The notes beneath the pieces were generated by a model that saw nothing but the letters and a program-made list of their open reading frames with translations, was not told where the DNA came from and did not search any database. Source: Eledone cirrhosa (lineage: Eukaryota). From it: a stretch of DNA of 64,000 bases. The stretch lies in assembly GCA_964016885.1 (NCBI GenBank), contig OZ024744.1, positions 23,498,001 to 23,562,000 on the forward strand. The letters are read 5' to 3'. Below, piece after piece: positions 1 through 13,651 of this stretch (the first letter of the stretch is position 1; every line of letters starts with the position of its first letter). Position numbers and translations under genes: made by a program.

Positions 1-204
1 AATCTTAAGAACTGACTCGTTTTAACAACAGTTGAATCTTAAGATAAAACTCGTTTTAACAACAGTTGAATCTTAAGAACTGACTCGTTTTATCAACAGT
101 TCAACCTTAATAACTGAATCGTTTTAAGAACAGTTGAATCTTCAAATTAAACTCGTTTTAACAACAGTTGAATCATAAGAACTGATTCGTTTTAACAACA
201 GTTG
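1..204. repeat. 3' end of a diverged landmark block (P block), truncated by the window start
   Basis: Carries the P-specific monomers AACCTTAATAACTGAATCG (103), CTTCAAATTAAACTCG and AATCATAAG, in the order seen at 27407-27508. Confidence 0.85.
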
Positions 205-610
205 AATCTTAAGATAAAACTCGTTTTAACAACAGTTGAATCTTAAGATAAACTCGTTTTAACAACAGTGGAATCTTAAGAACTGACTCGTTTTAATAAC
301 AGTTGAATCTTAAGATAAAACTCGTTTTAACAACAGTTGAATCTTAAGAACTGACTCGTTTTAACAACAGCTGAATCTTAAGATAAAACTCGTTTTAACG
401 ACAGTTGAATCTTAAGAACTGACTCGTTTTATCAACAGTTCAACCTTAAGAACTGACTCATTTTAACAACAGTTGAATCTTCAAATAAAACTCGTTTTAA
501 CAACAGTTGAATCTTAAGAACTGATTCGTTTTAACAACAGCTGAATCTTAAGGTAAACTCGTTTTAACAACAGTTGAATCTTAAGATAAACCTCGTTTTA
601 ACAACATTTG

Positions 611-3600
611 AATCTTAAGAACTGATTCGTTTTAACAACAGCTGAATCTTAAGATAAACTCGTTTTAACAGCAGTTGAATCTTAAGATAAACCTCGTTTT
701 AACAACAGTTGAATCTTAAGAACTGACTCGTTTTATCAACAGTTCAACCTTAAGAACTGACTCATCTTAACAACAGTTGAATCTTCAAATAAAATTCGTT
801 TTAACAACAGTTGAATCTTAAGAACTGACTCGTTTTAACAACAGTTGAATCTTAAGAACTGACTCATTTTAACAACAGCTGAATCTTAAGATAAAACTCG
901 TTTTAACAACAGTTGAATCTTAAGATAAAATTCGTTTTAACAACAGTTGAATCTTAAGAACTGACTCGTTTTAACAACAGCTGAATCTTAAGATAAAACT
1001 CGTTTTAACAACAGTTGAATCTTAAGAACTGACTCGTTTTATCAACAGTTCAACCTTAAGCACTGACTCGTTTTAACAACAGTTGAATCTTCAAATAAAA
1101 CTCGTTTTAACAACAGTTGATTCTTCAGAACTGACTCGTTTTAACAACAGTTGAATCTTAAGATAAAACTCGTTTTAACAACAGTTGAATCTTAAGAACT
1201 GACTCATTTTAACAACAGCTGAATCTCTAGATAAAACTCGTTTTAACAACAGTTGAATCTTAAGAACTGACTCGTTTTATCAACAGTTGAATCTTAAGAA
1301 CTGACTCGTTTTATCAACAGTTCAACCTTAAGAACTGACTCATCTTAACAACAGTTGAATCTTCAAATAAAATTCGTTTTAACAACAGTTGAATCTTAAG
1401 AACTGATTCGTTTTAACAACAGCTGAATCTTAGGATAAAACTCGTTTTAACAACAGTTGAATCTTAAGAACTGACTCGTTTTAACAACAGCTGAATCTTA
1501 AGATAAAACTCGTTTTAACAACAGTTGAATCTTAAGAACTGACTCGTTTTATCAACAGTTCAGCCTTAAGCACTGACTCGTTTTAACAACAGTTGAATCT
1601 TCAAATAAAACTCGTTTTAACAACAGTTGAATCTTAAGAACTGACTCATTTTAACAACAGTTGAATCTTAAGATAAAACTCGTTTTAACAACAGTTGAAT
1701 CTTAAGAACTGACTCGTTTTAACAACAGTTCAACCTTAAGAACTGACTCGTTTTAACAACAGTTGAATCTTAAGATAAATCTCGTTTTAACAACAGTTGA
1801 ATCTTAAGAACTGACTCATTTTAACAACAGTTGAATCTTAAGAACTGATTCGTTTTAACAACAGTTGAATCTTCAGATAAAACTCGTTTTAACTACAGTT
1901 GAATCTTAAGAACTGACTCGTTTTAACAACAGTTGAATCTTAAGATAAAACTCGTTTTAACAACAGTTGAATCTTAAGAACTGACTCATTTTAACAACAG
2001 TTGAATCTTAAGAACTGATTCGTTTTAACAACAGTTGAATCTTAAGATAAAACTCGTTTTAACAACAGTTGAATCTTAAGAACTGACTCGTTTTAATAAC
2101 AGCTGAATCTTAAGATAAAACTCGTTTTACAACAGTTGAATCTTAAGAACTGACTCGTTTTATCAACAGTTCAACCTTAAGAACTGACTCATCTTAACAA
2201 CAGTTGAATCTTCAAATAAAACTCGTTTTAACAACAGTTGAATCTTAAGATAAAATTCGTTTTAACAACAGTTGAATCTTAAGAACTGACTCGTTTTAAC
2301 AACAGCTGTATCTTAAGATAAAACTCGTTTTATCAACAGTTCAAACTTAAGAACTGACTCGTTTTAACAACAGTTGAATCCTCAAATAAAACTCGTTTTA
2401 ACAACAGTTGAATCTTAAGAACTGACTCGTTTTAACAATAGTTGAATCTTAAGATAAAACTCGTTTAACAACAGTTGAATCTTAAGAACTGACTCATTTT
2501 AACAGCAGTTGAATCTTAAGATAAAACTCGTTTTAACAACAGTTGAATCTTAAGAACTGACTCGTTTTAACAACAGTTCAACCTTAAGAACTGACTCGTT
2601 TTAACAACAGTTGAATCTTTAAATAAAACTCGTTTTAACTACAGTTGAATCTTAAGAACTGACTCGTTTTAACAACAGTTGAATCTTAAGATAAAACTCG
2701 TTTTAACAACAGTTGAATCTTAAGAACTGATTCGTTTTAACAACAGCTGAATCTTAAGATAAACTCGTTTTAACAACAGTTGAATCTTAAGATAAACCTC
2801 GTTTTAACAACAGTTGAATCTTAAGAACTGACTCGTTTTATCAACAGTTCAACCTTAAGAACTGACTCATCTTAACAACAGTTGAATCTTCAAATAAAAT
2901 TCGTTTTAACAACAGTTGAATCTTAAGAACTGACTCGTTTTAACAACAGTTGAATCTTAAGAACTGACTCATTTTAACAACAGCTGAATCTTAAGATAAA
3001 ACTCGTTTTAACAACAGTTGAATCTTAAGATAAAATTCGTTTTAACAACAGTTGAATCTTAAGAACTGACTCGTTTTAACAACAGCTGAATCTTAAGATA
3101 AAACTCGTTTTAACAACAGTTGAATCTTAAGAACTGACTCGTTTTATCAACAGTTCAACCTTAAGCACTGACTCGTTTTAACAACAGTTGAATCTTCAAA
3201 TAAAACTCGTTTTAACAACAGTTGATTCTTCAGAACTGACTCGTTTTAACAACAGTTGAATCTTAAGATAAAACTCGTTTTAACAACAGTTGAATCTTAA
3301 GAACTGACTCATTTTAACAACAGCTGAATCTCTAGATAAAACTCGTTTTAACAACAGTTGAATCTTAAGAACTGACTCGTTTTATCAACAGTTGAATCTT
3401 AAGAACTGACTCGTTTTATCAACAGTTCAACCTTAAGAACTGACTCATCTTAACAACAGTTGAATCTTCAAATAAAATTCGTTTTAACAACAGTTGAATC
3501 TTAAGAACTGATTCGTTTTAACAACAGCTGAATCTTAGGATAAAACTCGTTTTAACAACAGTTGAATCTTAAGAACTGACTCGTTTTAACAACAGCTGAA

Positions 3601-4889
3601 TCTTAAGATAAAACTCGTTTTAACAACAGTTGAATCTTAAGAACTGACTCGTTTTATCAACAGTTCAACCTTAAGCACTGACTCGTTTTAACAACAGTTG
3701 AATCTTCAAATAAAACTCGTTTTAACAACAGTTGAATCTTAAGAACTGACTCATTTTAACAACAGTTGAATCTTAAGATAAAACTCGTTTTAACAACAGT
3801 TGAATCTTAAGAACTGACTCGTTTTAACAACAGTTCAACCTTAAGAACTGACTCGTTTTAACAACAGTTGAATCTTAAGATAAAACTCGTTTTAACAACA
3901 GTTGAATCTTAAGAACTGACTCATTTTAATAACAGTTGAATCTTAAGAACTGATTCGTTTTAACAACAGTTGAATCTTCAGATAAAACTCGTTTTAACTA
4001 CAGTTGAATCTTAAGAACTGACTCGTTTTAACAACAGTTGAATCTTAAGATAAAACTCGTTTTAACAACAGTTGAATCTTAAGAACTGACTCATTATAAC
4101 AACAGTTGAATCTTAAGAACTGATTCGTTTTAACAACAGTTGAATCTTAAGATAAAACTCGTTTTAACAACAGTTGAATCTTAAGAACTGACTCGTTTTA
4201 ATAACAGCTGAATCTTAAGATAAAACTCGTTTTACAACAGTTGAATCTTAAGAACTGACTCGTTTTATCAACAGTTCAACCTTAAGAACTGACTCATCTT
4301 AACAACAGTTGAATCTTCAAATAAAACTCGTTTTAACAACAGTTGAATCTTAAGAACTGATTCGTTTTAACAACAGCTGAATCGTAAGATAAAACTCGTT
4401 TTAACAACAGTTGAATCTTAAGATAAAATTCGTTTTAACAACAGTTGAATCTTAAGAACTGACTCGTTTTAACAACAGCTGAATCTTAAGATAAAACTCG
4501 TTTTATCAACAGTTCAACCTTAAGAACTGACTCGTTTTAACAACAGTTGAATCCTCAAATAAAACTCGTTTTAACAACAGTTGAATCTTAAGAACTGACT
4601 CGTTTTAACAATAGTTGAATCTTAAGATAAAACTCGTTTTAACAACAGTTGAATCTTAAGAACTGACTCATTTTAACAACAGTTGAATCTTAAGATAAAA
4701 CTCGTTTTAACAACAGTTGAATCTTAAGAACTGACTCGTTTTAACAACAGTTCAACCTTAAGAACTGACTCGTTTTAACAACAGTTGAATCTTTAAATAA
4801 AACTCGTTTTACCTACAGTTGAATCTTAAGAACTGACTCGTTTTAACAACAGTTGAATCTTAAGATAAAACTCGTTTTAACAACAGTTG
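611..4889. repeat. Tandem duplication of a ~2.1-kb higher-order unit (611-2715 and 2716-4889)
   Basis: Rare AATCTTAGGATAAAAC at 1426 and 3531 (offset 2105). AATCTTTAAAT at 2614 and 4788 (offset 2174, the second copy has two extra monomers). Same order of variants in both copies. Confidence 0.85.
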
Positions 4890-6099
4890 AATCTTAAGAA
4901 CTGACTCATTTTAACAACAGTTGAATCCTAAGAACTGATTCGTTTTAACAACAGTTGAATCTTCAGATAAAACTCGTTTTAACTACAGTTGAATCTTAAG
5001 AACTGACTCGTTTTAACAACAGTTGAATCTTAAGATAGAACTCGTTTTAACAACAGTTGAATCTTAAGAACTGACTCATTTTAACAACAGTTGAATCTTA
5101 AGAACTGATTCGTTTTAACAACAGTTGAATCTTAAGATAAAACTCGTTTTAACAACAGTTGAATCTTAAGAACTGACTCGTTTTAACAACAGCTGAATCT
5201 TAAGATAAAACTCGTTTTGCAACAGTTCAATCTTAAGAACTGACTCGTTTTATCAACAGTTCAACCTTAAGAACTGACTCATTTTAACAACAGTTGAATC
5301 TTCAAATAAAACTCGTTTTAATAACATTTGATTCTTCAGAACTGACTCGTTTTAACAACAGTTGAATCTTAAGATAAAACTCGTTTTAACAACAGTTGAA
5401 TCTTAAGAACTGACTCATTTTAACAACAGCTGAATCTTTAGATAAAACTCGTTTTAACAACAGTTGAATCTTAAGAACTGACTCGTTTTAACAACAGTTG
5501 AATCCTCAAATAAAACTCGTTTTAACAACAGTTGAATCTTAATAAATGACTCGTTTTAACAACAGTTGAATCTTAAGATAAAACTCGTTTTAACAACAGT
5601 TGAATCTTAAGAACTGACTCATTTTAACAACAGTTGAATCTTAAGAACTGATTCGTTTTAACAACAGTTGAATCTTCAGATAAAACTCGTTTTAACTACA
5701 GTTGAATCTTAAGAACTGACTAGTTTTAACAACAGTTGAATCTTAAGATAAAACTCGTTTTAACAACAGTTGAATCTTAAGAACTGGCTCGTTTTAACAA
5801 CAGTTGAATCTTAAGAACTGATTCGTTTTAACAACAGTTGAATCTTAAGATAAAACTCGTTTTAACAACAGTTGAATCTTAAGAACTGACTCGTTTTAAT
5901 AACAGTTGAATCTTAAGATAAAACTCGTTTTAACAACAGTTGAATCTTAAGAACTGACTCGTTTTAACAACAGCTGAATCTTAAGATAAAACTCGTTTTA
6001 CAACAGTTGAATCTTAAGAACTGACTCGTTTTATCAACAGTTCAACCTTAAGAACTGACTCATCCTAACAACAGTTGAATCTTCAAATAAAACTCGTTT

Positions 6100-9000
6100 T
6101 AACAACAGTTGAATCTTAAGAACTCATTTGTTTTAACAACAGCTGAATCTTAAGATAAAACTCGTTTTAACAACAGTTGAATCTTAAGATAAAATTCGTT
6201 TTAACAACAGTTGAATCTTAAGAACTGACTCGTTTTAACAACAGCTGAATCTTAAGATAAAACTCTTTTTAACAACAGTTGAGTCTTAAGAACTGACTCG
6301 TCTTATCAACAGATCAACCTTAAGCACTGACTCGTTTTAACAACAGTTGAATCTGCAAATAAAACTCGTTTTAACAACAGTTGAACCTTAAGATAAAACT
6401 CGTTTTAACAACAGTTGAATCTTAAGAACTGACTCATTTTAACAACAGCTGAATCTCTAGATAAAACTCGTTATAACAATAGTTGAATCTTAAGGTAAAA
6501 TTCGTTTTAACAACAGTTGAATCTTAAGAACTGACTCGTTTTAACAACAGCTGAATCTTAAGATAAAACTCGTTTTAACAACAGTTGAATCTTAAGAACT
6601 GACTCGTTTTATCAACAGTTCAACCTTAAGCACTGACTCGTTTTAACAACAGTTGAATCTTCAAATAAAACTCGTTTTAACAACAGTTGAATCTTAAGAA
6701 CTGACTCATTTTAACAACAGTTGAATCTTAAGAACTGATTCGTTTTAACAACAGTTGAATCTTAAGATAAAACTCGTTTTAACAACAGTTGAATCTTAAG
6801 AACTGACTCGTTTTAACAACAGCTGAATCTTAAGATAAAACTCGTTTTACAACAGTTGAATCTTAAGAACTGACTCGTTTTATCAACAGTTCAACCTTAA
6901 GAACTGACTCATTTTAACAACAGTTGAATCTTCAAATAAAACTCGTTTTAACAACAGTTGATTCTTCAGAACTGACTCGTTTTAACAACAGTTGAATCTT
7001 AAGATAAAACTCGTTTTAACAACAGTTGAATCTTAAGAACTGACTCATTTTAACAACAGCTGAATCTTTAGATAAAACTCGTTTTAACAACAGTTGAATC
7101 TTAAGAACTGACTCGTTTTAACAACAGTTGAATCCTCAAATAAAACTCGTTTTAACAACAGTTGAATCTTAATAACTGACTCGTTTTAACAACAGTTGAA
7201 TCTTAAGATAAAACTCATTTTAACAACAGTTGAATCTTAAGAACTGACTCATTTTAACAACAGTTGAATCTTAAGAACTGATTCGTTTTAACAACAGTTG
7301 AATCTTCAGATAAAACTCGTTTTAACTACAGTTGAATCTTAAGAACTGACTAGTTTTAACAACAGTTGAATCTTAAGATAAAACTCGTTTTAACAACAGT
7401 TGAATCTTAAGAACTGGCTCATTTTAACAACAGTTGAATCTTAAGAACTGATTCGTTTTAACAACAGTTGAATCTTAAGATAAAACTCGTTTTACAACAG
7501 TTGAATCTTAAGAACTGACTCGTTTTATCAACAGTTCAACCTTAAGAACTGACTCATTTTAACAACAGTTGAATCTTCAAATAAAACTCGTTTTAACAAC
7601 AGTTGATTCTTCAGAACTGACTCGTTTTAACAACAGTTGAATCTTAAGATAAAACTCGTTTTAACAACAGTTGAATCTTAAGAACTGACTCATTTTAACA
7701 ACAGCTGAATATTTAGATAAAACTCGTTTTAACAACAGTTGAATCTTAAGAACTGACTCGTTTTAACAACAGTTGAATCCTCAAATAAAACTCGTTTTAA
7801 CAACAGTTGAATCTTAATAACTGACTCGTTTTAACAACAGTTGAATCTTAAGATAAAACTCGTTTTAACAACAGTTGAATCTTAAGAACTGACTCATTTT
7901 AACAACAGTTGAATCTTAAGAACTGATTCGTTTTAACAACAGTTGAATCTTCAGATAAAACTCGTTTTAACTACAGTTGAATCTTAAGAACTGACTAGTT
8001 TTAACAACAGTTGAATCTTAAGATAAAACTCGTTTTAACAACAGTTGAATCTTAAGAACTGGCTCATTTTAACAACAGTTGAATCTTAAGAACTGATTCG
8101 TTTTAATAACAGTTGAATCTTAAGATAAAACTCGTTTTAACAACAGTTGAATCTTAAGTACTGACTCGTTTTAACAACAGCTGAATCTTAAGATAAAACT
8201 CGTTTTACAACAGTTGAATCTTAAGAACTGACTCGTTTTATCAACAGTTCAACCTTTAGAACTGACTCATCCTAACAACAGTTGAATCTTCAAATAAAAC
8301 TCGTTTTAACAACAGTTGAATCTTAAGAACTGATTCGTTTTAACAACAGCTGAATCTTAAGATAAAACTCGTTTTAACAACAGTTGAATCTTAAGATAAA
8401 ATTCGTTTTAACAACAGTTGAATCTTAAGAACTGACTCGTTTTAACAACAGCTGAATCTTAAGATAAAACTCTTTTTAACAACAGTTGAATCTTAAGAAC
8501 TGACTCGTTTTATCAACAGTTCAACCTTAAGCACTGACTCGTTTTAACAACAGTTGAATCTTCAAATAAAACTCGTTTTAACAACAGTTGATTCTTCAGA
8601 ACTGACTCGTTTTAACAACAGTTGAATCTTAAGATAAAACTCGTTTTAACAACAGTTGAATCTTAAGAACTGACTCGTTTTAATAACAGTTGAATCTTAA
8701 GATAAAACTCGTTTTAACAACAGTTGAATCTTAAGAACTGACTCGTTTTAACAACAGCTGAATCTTAAGATAAAACTCTTTTTAACAACAGTTGAATCTT
8801 AAGAACTGACTCGTTTTATCAACAGTTCAACCTTAAGCACTGACTCGTTTTAACAACAGTGGAATCTTCAAATAAAACTCGTTTTAACAACAGTTGATTC
8901 TTCAGAACTGACTCGTTTTAACAACAGTTGAATCTTAAGATAAAACTCGTTTTAACAACAGTTGAATCTTAAGAACTGACTCATTTTAACAACAGCTGAA

Positions 9001-11750
9001 TCTCTAGATAAAACTCGTTATAACAACAGTTGAATCTTAAGGTAAAATTCGTTTTAACAACAGTTGAATCTTAAGAACTGACTCGTTTTAACAACAGCTG
9101 AATCTTAAGAACTGGCTCATTTTAACAACAGTTGAATCTTAAGAACTGACTCGTTTTATCAACAGTTCAACCTTAAGCACTGACTCGTTTTAACAACAGT
9201 TGAATCTTCAAATAAAACTCGTTTTAACAACAGTTGAATCTTAAGAACTGACTCATTTTAACAACAGTTGAATCTTAAGATAAAACTCGTTTTAACAACA
9301 GTTGAATCTTAAGAACTGACTCGTTTTAACAACAGTTCAACCTTAAGAACTGACTCGTTTTAACAACAGCTGAATCTTAAGATAAAACTCGTTTTAACAA
9401 CAGTTGAATCTTAAGATAAAATTCGTTTTAACAACAGTTGAATCTTAAGAACTGACTCGTTTTAACAACAGCTGAATCTTAAGATAAAACTCTTTTTAAC
9501 AACAGTTGAATCTTAAGAACTGACTCGTTTTATCAACAGATCAACCTTAAGCACTGACTCGTTTTAACAACAGTTGAATCTGCAAATAAAACTCGTTTTA
9601 ACAACAGTTGATTCTTCAGAACTGACTCGTTTTAACAACAGTTGAACCTTAAGATAAAACTCGTTTTAACAACAGTTGAATCTTAAGAACTGACTCATTT
9701 TAACAACAGCTGAATCTCTAGATAAAACTCGTTATAACAACAGTTGAATCTTAAGGTAAAATTCGTTTTAACAACAGTTGAATCTTAAGAACTGACTCGT
9801 TTTAACAACAGCTGAATCTTAAGATAAAACTCGTTTTAACAACAGTTGAATCTTAAGAACTGACTCGTTTTATCAACAGTTCAACCTTAAGCACTGACTC
9901 GTTTTAACAACAGTTGAATCTTCAAATAAAACTCGTTTTAACAACAGTTGAATCTTAAGAACTGACTCATTTTAACAACAGTTGAATCTTAAGAACTGAT
10001 TCGTTTTAACAACAGTTGAATCTTAAGATAAAACTCGTTTTAACAACAGTTGAATCTTAAGAACTGACTCGTTTTAACAACAGCTGAATCTTAAGATAAA
10101 ACTCGTTTTACAACAGTTGAATCTTAAGAACTGACTCGTTTTATCAACAGTTCAACCTTAAGAACTGACTCATTTTAACAACAGTTGAATCTTCAAATAA
10201 AACTCGTTTTAACAACAGTTGATTCTTCAGAACTGACTCGTTTTAACAACAGTTGAATCTTAAGATAAAACTCGTTTTAACAACAGTTGAATCTTAAGAA
10301 CTGACTCATTTTAACAACAGCTGAATCTTTAGATAAAACTCGTTTTAACAACAGTTGAATCTTAAGAACTGACTCGTTTTAACAACAGTTGAATCCTCAA
10401 ATAAAACTCGTTTTAACAACAGTTGAATCTTAATAACTGACTCGTTTTAACAACAGTTGAATCTTAAGATAAAACTCGTTTTAACAACAGTTGAATCTTA
10501 AGAACTGACTCATTTTAACAACAGTTGAATCTTAAGAACTGATTCGTTTTAACAACAGTTGAATCTTCAGATAAAACTCGTTTTAACTACAGTTGAATCT
10601 TAAGAACTGACTAGTTTTAACAACAGTTGAATCTTAAGATAAAACTCGTTTTAACAACAGTTGAATCTTAAGAACTGGCTCATTTTAACAACAGTTGAAT
10701 CTTAAGAACTGATTCGTTTTAACAACAGTTGAATCTTAAGATAAAACTCGTTTTACAACAGTTGAATCTTAAGAACTGACTCGTTTTATCAACAGTTCAA
10801 CCTTAAGAACTGACTCATTTTAACAACAGTTGAATCTTCAAATAAAACTCGTTTTAACAACAGTTGATTCTTCAGAACTGACTCGTTTTAACAACAGTTG
10901 AATCTTAAGATAAAACTCGTTTTAACAACAGTTGAATCTTAAGAACTGACTCATTTTAACAACAGCTGAATCTTTAGATAAAACTCGTTTTAACAACAGT
11001 TGAATCTTAAGAACTGACTCGTTTTAACAACAGTTGAATCCTCAAATAAAACTCGTTTTAACAACAGTTGAATCTTAATAACTGACTCGTTTTAACAACA
11101 GTTGAATCTTAAGATAAAACTCGTTTTAACAACAGTTGAATCTTAAGAACTGACTCATTTTAACAACAGTTGAATCTTAAGAACTGATTCGTTTTAACAA
11201 CAGTTGAATCTTCAGATAAAACTCGTTTTAACTACAGTTGAATCTTAAGAACTGACTAGTTTTAACAACAGTTGAATCTTAAGATAAAACTCGTTTTAAC
11301 AACAGTTGAATCTTAAGAACTGGCTCATTTTAACAACAGTTGAATCTTAAGAACTGATTCGTTTTAACAACAGTTGAATCTTAAGATAAAACTCGTTTTA
11401 ACAACAGTTGAATCTTAAGAACTGACTCGTTTTAATAACAGTTGAATCTTAAGATAAAACTCGTTTTAACAACAGTTGAATCTTAAGTACTGACTCGTTT
11501 TAACAACAGCTGAATCTTAAGATAAAACTCGTTTTACAACAGTTGAATCTTAAGAACTGACTCGTTTTATCAACAGTTCAACCTTTAGAACTGACTCATC
11601 CTAACAACAGTTGAATCTTCAAATAAAACTCGTTTTAACAACAGTTGAATCTTAAGAACTGATTCGTTTTAACAACAGCTGAATCTTAAGATAAAACTCG
11701 TTTTAACAACAGTTGAATCTTAAGATAAAATTCGTTTTAACAACAGTTGA
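6100..11750. repeat. ~3.26-kb duplication that itself contains a 645-bp (19-monomer) tandem duplication; boundaries approximate
   Basis: ACTAGT variant at 7349/7994 and 10610/11255 (inner offset 645, outer offset 3261). AGATCAACC at 6311 and 9538. Confidence 0.8.
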
Positions 11751-13651
11751 ATCTTAAGAACTGACTCATTTTAACAACAGCTGAATCTCTAGATAAAACT
11801 CGTTATAACAACAGTTGAATCTTAAGGTAAAATTCGTTTTAACAACAGTTGAATCTTAAGAACTGACTCGTTTTAACAACAGCTGAATCTTAAGAACTGG
11901 CTCATTTTAACAACAGTTGAATCTTAAGAACTGACTCGTTTTATCAACAGTTCAACCTTAAGCACTGACTCGTTTTAACAACAGTTGAATCTTCAAATAA
12001 AACTCGTTTTAACAACAGTTGAATCTTAAGAACTGACTCATTTTAACAACAGTTGAATCTTAAGATGAAACTCGTTTTAACAACAGTTGAATCTTAAGAA
12101 CTGACTCATTTTAACAACAGTTGAATCTTAAGAACTGATTCGTTTTAACAACAGTTGACTCTTAAGAACTGATTCGTTTTAACAAAAGCTGAATCTTAAG
12201 ATAAAACTCGTTTTAACAACAGTTGAATCTTAAGATAAAATTCGTTTTAACAACAGTTGAATCTTAAGAACTGACTCGTTTTAACAACAGCTGAATCTTA
12301 AGATAAAACTCGTTTTAACAACAGTTGAATCTTAAGAACTGACTCGTTTTATCAACAGTTCAACCTTAAGAACTGACTCGTTTTAACAACAGTTGAATCC
12401 TCAAATAAAACTCGTTTTAACAACAGTTGAATCTTAAGAACTGACTCGTTATAACAACAGTTGAATCTTAAGAACTGACTCGTTTTAACAACAGTTCAAC
12501 CTTAAGAACTGACTCGTTTTAACAACAGTTGAATCTTAAGAACTGACTCGTTTTAACAACAGTTCAACCTTAAGAACTGACTCGTTTTAACAACAGTTGA
12601 ATCTTAAGAACTGACTCGTTATAACAACAGTTGAATCTTAAGAACTGACTCGTTTTAACAACAGTTCAACCTTAAGAACTGACTCGTTTTAACAACAGTT
12701 GAATCTTAAGAACTGACTCGTTTTAACAACAGTTCAACCTTAAGAACTGACTCGTTTTAACAACAGTTGAATCTTAAGAACTGACTCGTTTTAACAACAG
12801 TTCAACCTTAAGAACTGACTCGTTTTAACAACAGTTGAATCTTCAAATAAAACTCGTTTTAACAACAGTTGAATCTTAAGAACTGATTCGTTTTAACAAC
12901 AGCTGAATCTTAAGATAAACTCGTTTTAACAACAGTTGAATCTTAAGATAAACCTCGTTTTAACAACATTTGAATCTTAAGAACTGATTCGTTTTAACAA
13001 CAGCTGAATCTTAAGATAAACTCGTTTTAACAACAGTTGAATCTTAAGATAAACCTCGTTTTAACAACAGTTGAATCTTAAGAACTGACTCGTTTTATCA
13101 ACAGTTCAACCTTAAGAACTGACTCATCTTAACAACAGTTGAATCTTCAAATAAAATTCGTTTTAACAACAGTTGAATCTTAAGAACTGACTCGTTTTAA
13201 CAACAGTTGAATCTTAAGAACTGACTCATTTTAACAACAGCTGAATCTTAAGATAAAACTCGTTTTAACAACAGTTGAATCTTAAGAACTGACTCGTTTT
13301 AACAACAGCTGAATCTTAAGAACTGGCTCATTTTAACAACAGTTGAATCTTAAGAACTGACTCGTTTTATCAACAGTTCAACCTTAAGCACTGACTCGTT
13401 TTAACAACAGTTGAATCTTCAAATAAAACTCGTTTTAACAACAGTTGAATCTTAAGAACTGACTCATTTTAACAACAGTTGAATCTTAAGAACTGACTCA
13501 TTTTAACAACAGCTGAATCTTAAGATAAAATTCGTTTTAACAACAGTTGAATCTTAAGAACTGACTCGTTTTAACAACAGCTGAATCTTAAGATAAAACT
13601 CTTTTTAACAACAGTTGAATCTTAAGAACTGACTCGTTTTATCAACAGTTC

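Noticed and set aside
185-201. CENP-B box-like motif (ATTCGTTTTAACAACAG)
   Set aside because: It matches only the TTCG....A part of nTTCGnnnnAnnCGGGn. The essential CGGG is absent.
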